Positions 44,186 to 45,023 of a stretch of DNA of 45,023 nt are shown here, piece by piece. Positions within the stretch are counted from its first letter, which is position 1. Each line of letters starts with the position of its first letter. Below the pieces are notes generated by a model. That model saw nothing but the letters and a program-made list of their open reading frames with translations. It was not told the DNA's origin and ran no database searches. The position numbers and the translations under genes were made by a program. Origin of the DNA: Patescibacteria group bacterium (GTDB lineage Bacteria; Patescibacteriota; Minisyncoccia; Minisyncoccales; Staskawiczbacteraceae). The stretch spans positions 1 through 45,023 of the forward strand of contig JAKLDQ010000004.1 in assembly GCA_022703425.1 (NCBI GenBank), read 5' to 3'.

Positions 44186-44430
44186 TCTATTGTATAAAAA
44201 GGTGGAAAATTGGTGGTAAAAAAATAAAAACTTTTTTCACAAAAATAATTAACAGCATATCTTACCTTTATTTCCATTTTTCCTCCACAGCTTATCAACA
44301 AAAAATAAAAAATAAATTCCCGTTTTTACTATCGAGAAAGTCAAAAATTTCAGGAAAAGAACGATAAAAAAGAGGTTACTAATAACAACAATAATAATAT
44401 ATATAATTAATTAAATATTAATGAATATTT
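44177..44430. other. Probable oriC core in the dnaA-dnaN interval (DnaA boxes plus AT-rich unwinding element)
   Basis: AGTGGATAA 44177-44185, GGTGGAAAA 44201-44209, TTTTTCACA 44233-44241, TCCTCCACA 44281-44289, TTATCAACA 44292-44300, then a period-3 array and a near-pure A/T run at 44378-44430. Confidence 0.75.
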
Positions 44431-44501
44431 TTAAAAAAGTAGTTTAGTTTATCAGACAAAGTTTTTAAAAATTTTTAAAATATAAGTCTGATATAAGCAA
44501 A

Positions 44502-45023
44502 GTGAAAATAGAAATATTAAAAGAAAACTTAAAAAACGGATTGGGAATTGTTGAAAAGATTATTGGTAAAAACCTTTCTTTGCCTATATTAGACAATGTC
44601 CTGTTTGATGCAGAGGATAATTATCTTAGTCTAACTTCAACTGATTTGGAAACTGCGATACAGATTTGGATACTTACCAAAATTGTGAAAAAAGGAAAAG
44701 TTGTCGTTCCTGGAAAATTTTTATCAAGTTATATAGCTACTTTGCCTAATGACAAAATCAGCCTTGAGGCCAAAGGACAAAATTTATACGTCGAGTGTAA
44801 AAATTTTAAAACCAGTGTCCAGGGCTTTAATCCAGAAGATTTTCCAATAATCCCTGAATTAAAAAATTTGGACTTTTTTGAAACAGACAGTAAAAAACTG
44901 TGCCAGGCGCTTTCTCAAGTTGTGGAAATCGCATCGCCGTCGCAAACTAGGCCGGAAATATCGGGGATATACGTAATATTTTCAAAGAACATCATAAAAA
45001 TAGTAGCGACGGACAGCTTCAGG
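44502..45023 (+). CDS. dnaN: DNA polymerase III beta sliding clamp, 5' part truncated by the window end (absent from the ORF track)
   Basis: GTG start; manual translation MKIEILKENLKNGLGIVEKIIGKNLSLPILDNVLFDAEDNYLSLTSTDLETAI...PEDFP...ATDSFR. Confidence 0.96.
   Translation, partial: MKIEILKENLKNGLGIVEKIIGKNLSLPILDNVLFDAEDNYLSLTSTDLETAIQIWILTKIVKKGKVVVPGKFLSSYIATLPNDKISLEAKGQNLYVECKNFKTSVQGFNPEDFPIIPELKNLDFFETDSKKLCQALSQVVEIASPSQTRPEISGIYVIFSKNIIKIVATDSFR

Noticed and set aside
1-45023. Recoded UGA (genetic code 25 as in Gracilibacteria/Absconditabacteria)
   Set aside because: Core genes translate full length in code 11 and comM ends at a TGA at its expected C-terminus.

Overview
This is a 45 kb chromosomal window from an AT-rich bacterium using genetic code 11 (TGA serves as a stop, e.g. 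at 4014, 25579 and 28230). Gene content suggests Patescibacteria/CPR, probably a Parcubacteria-type lineage (inference). The right end holds the replication-origin region: jag-yidC-rnpA-rpmH on the minus strand, then dnaA and a truncated dnaN, with DnaA-box clusters on both sides of dnaA. The left 18.7 kb runs almost entirely on the minus strand: an ABC-2 transporter, a putative glycoside hydrolase, rny, clpP, tig, hppA, nusA, an accessory block and cca. A 22 kb block (18.8-40.8 kb) runs on the plus strand: rpsO-NYN-pnp, a DksA-like gene, comM, rsmA and a T4SS-like locus. Eight tRNA genes are present. The best candidate for an undescribed system is the T4SS-like locus. It has VirB6-like, PrgI, TraC-like and VirB4 genes but no relaxase, coupling protein or integrase in view. 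It ends in three translationally coupled VirB2/TrbC-type pilins carrying large extracellular cargo: one 1035-aa protein with about 70 Cys and two paralogues with beta/gamma-crystallin-like motifs. The tRNA genes also show several oddities. Six of eight end in N73-CAA, two have covarying A18/G55, one tRNA-Pro has G8/G14, and tRNA-Lys is enclosed by a 23-bp inverted repeat that competes with its acceptor stem. No CRISPR array, rRNA, transposase, integrase or reverse transcriptase was seen. Family assignments come from motif recognition by eye; no database searches were run.
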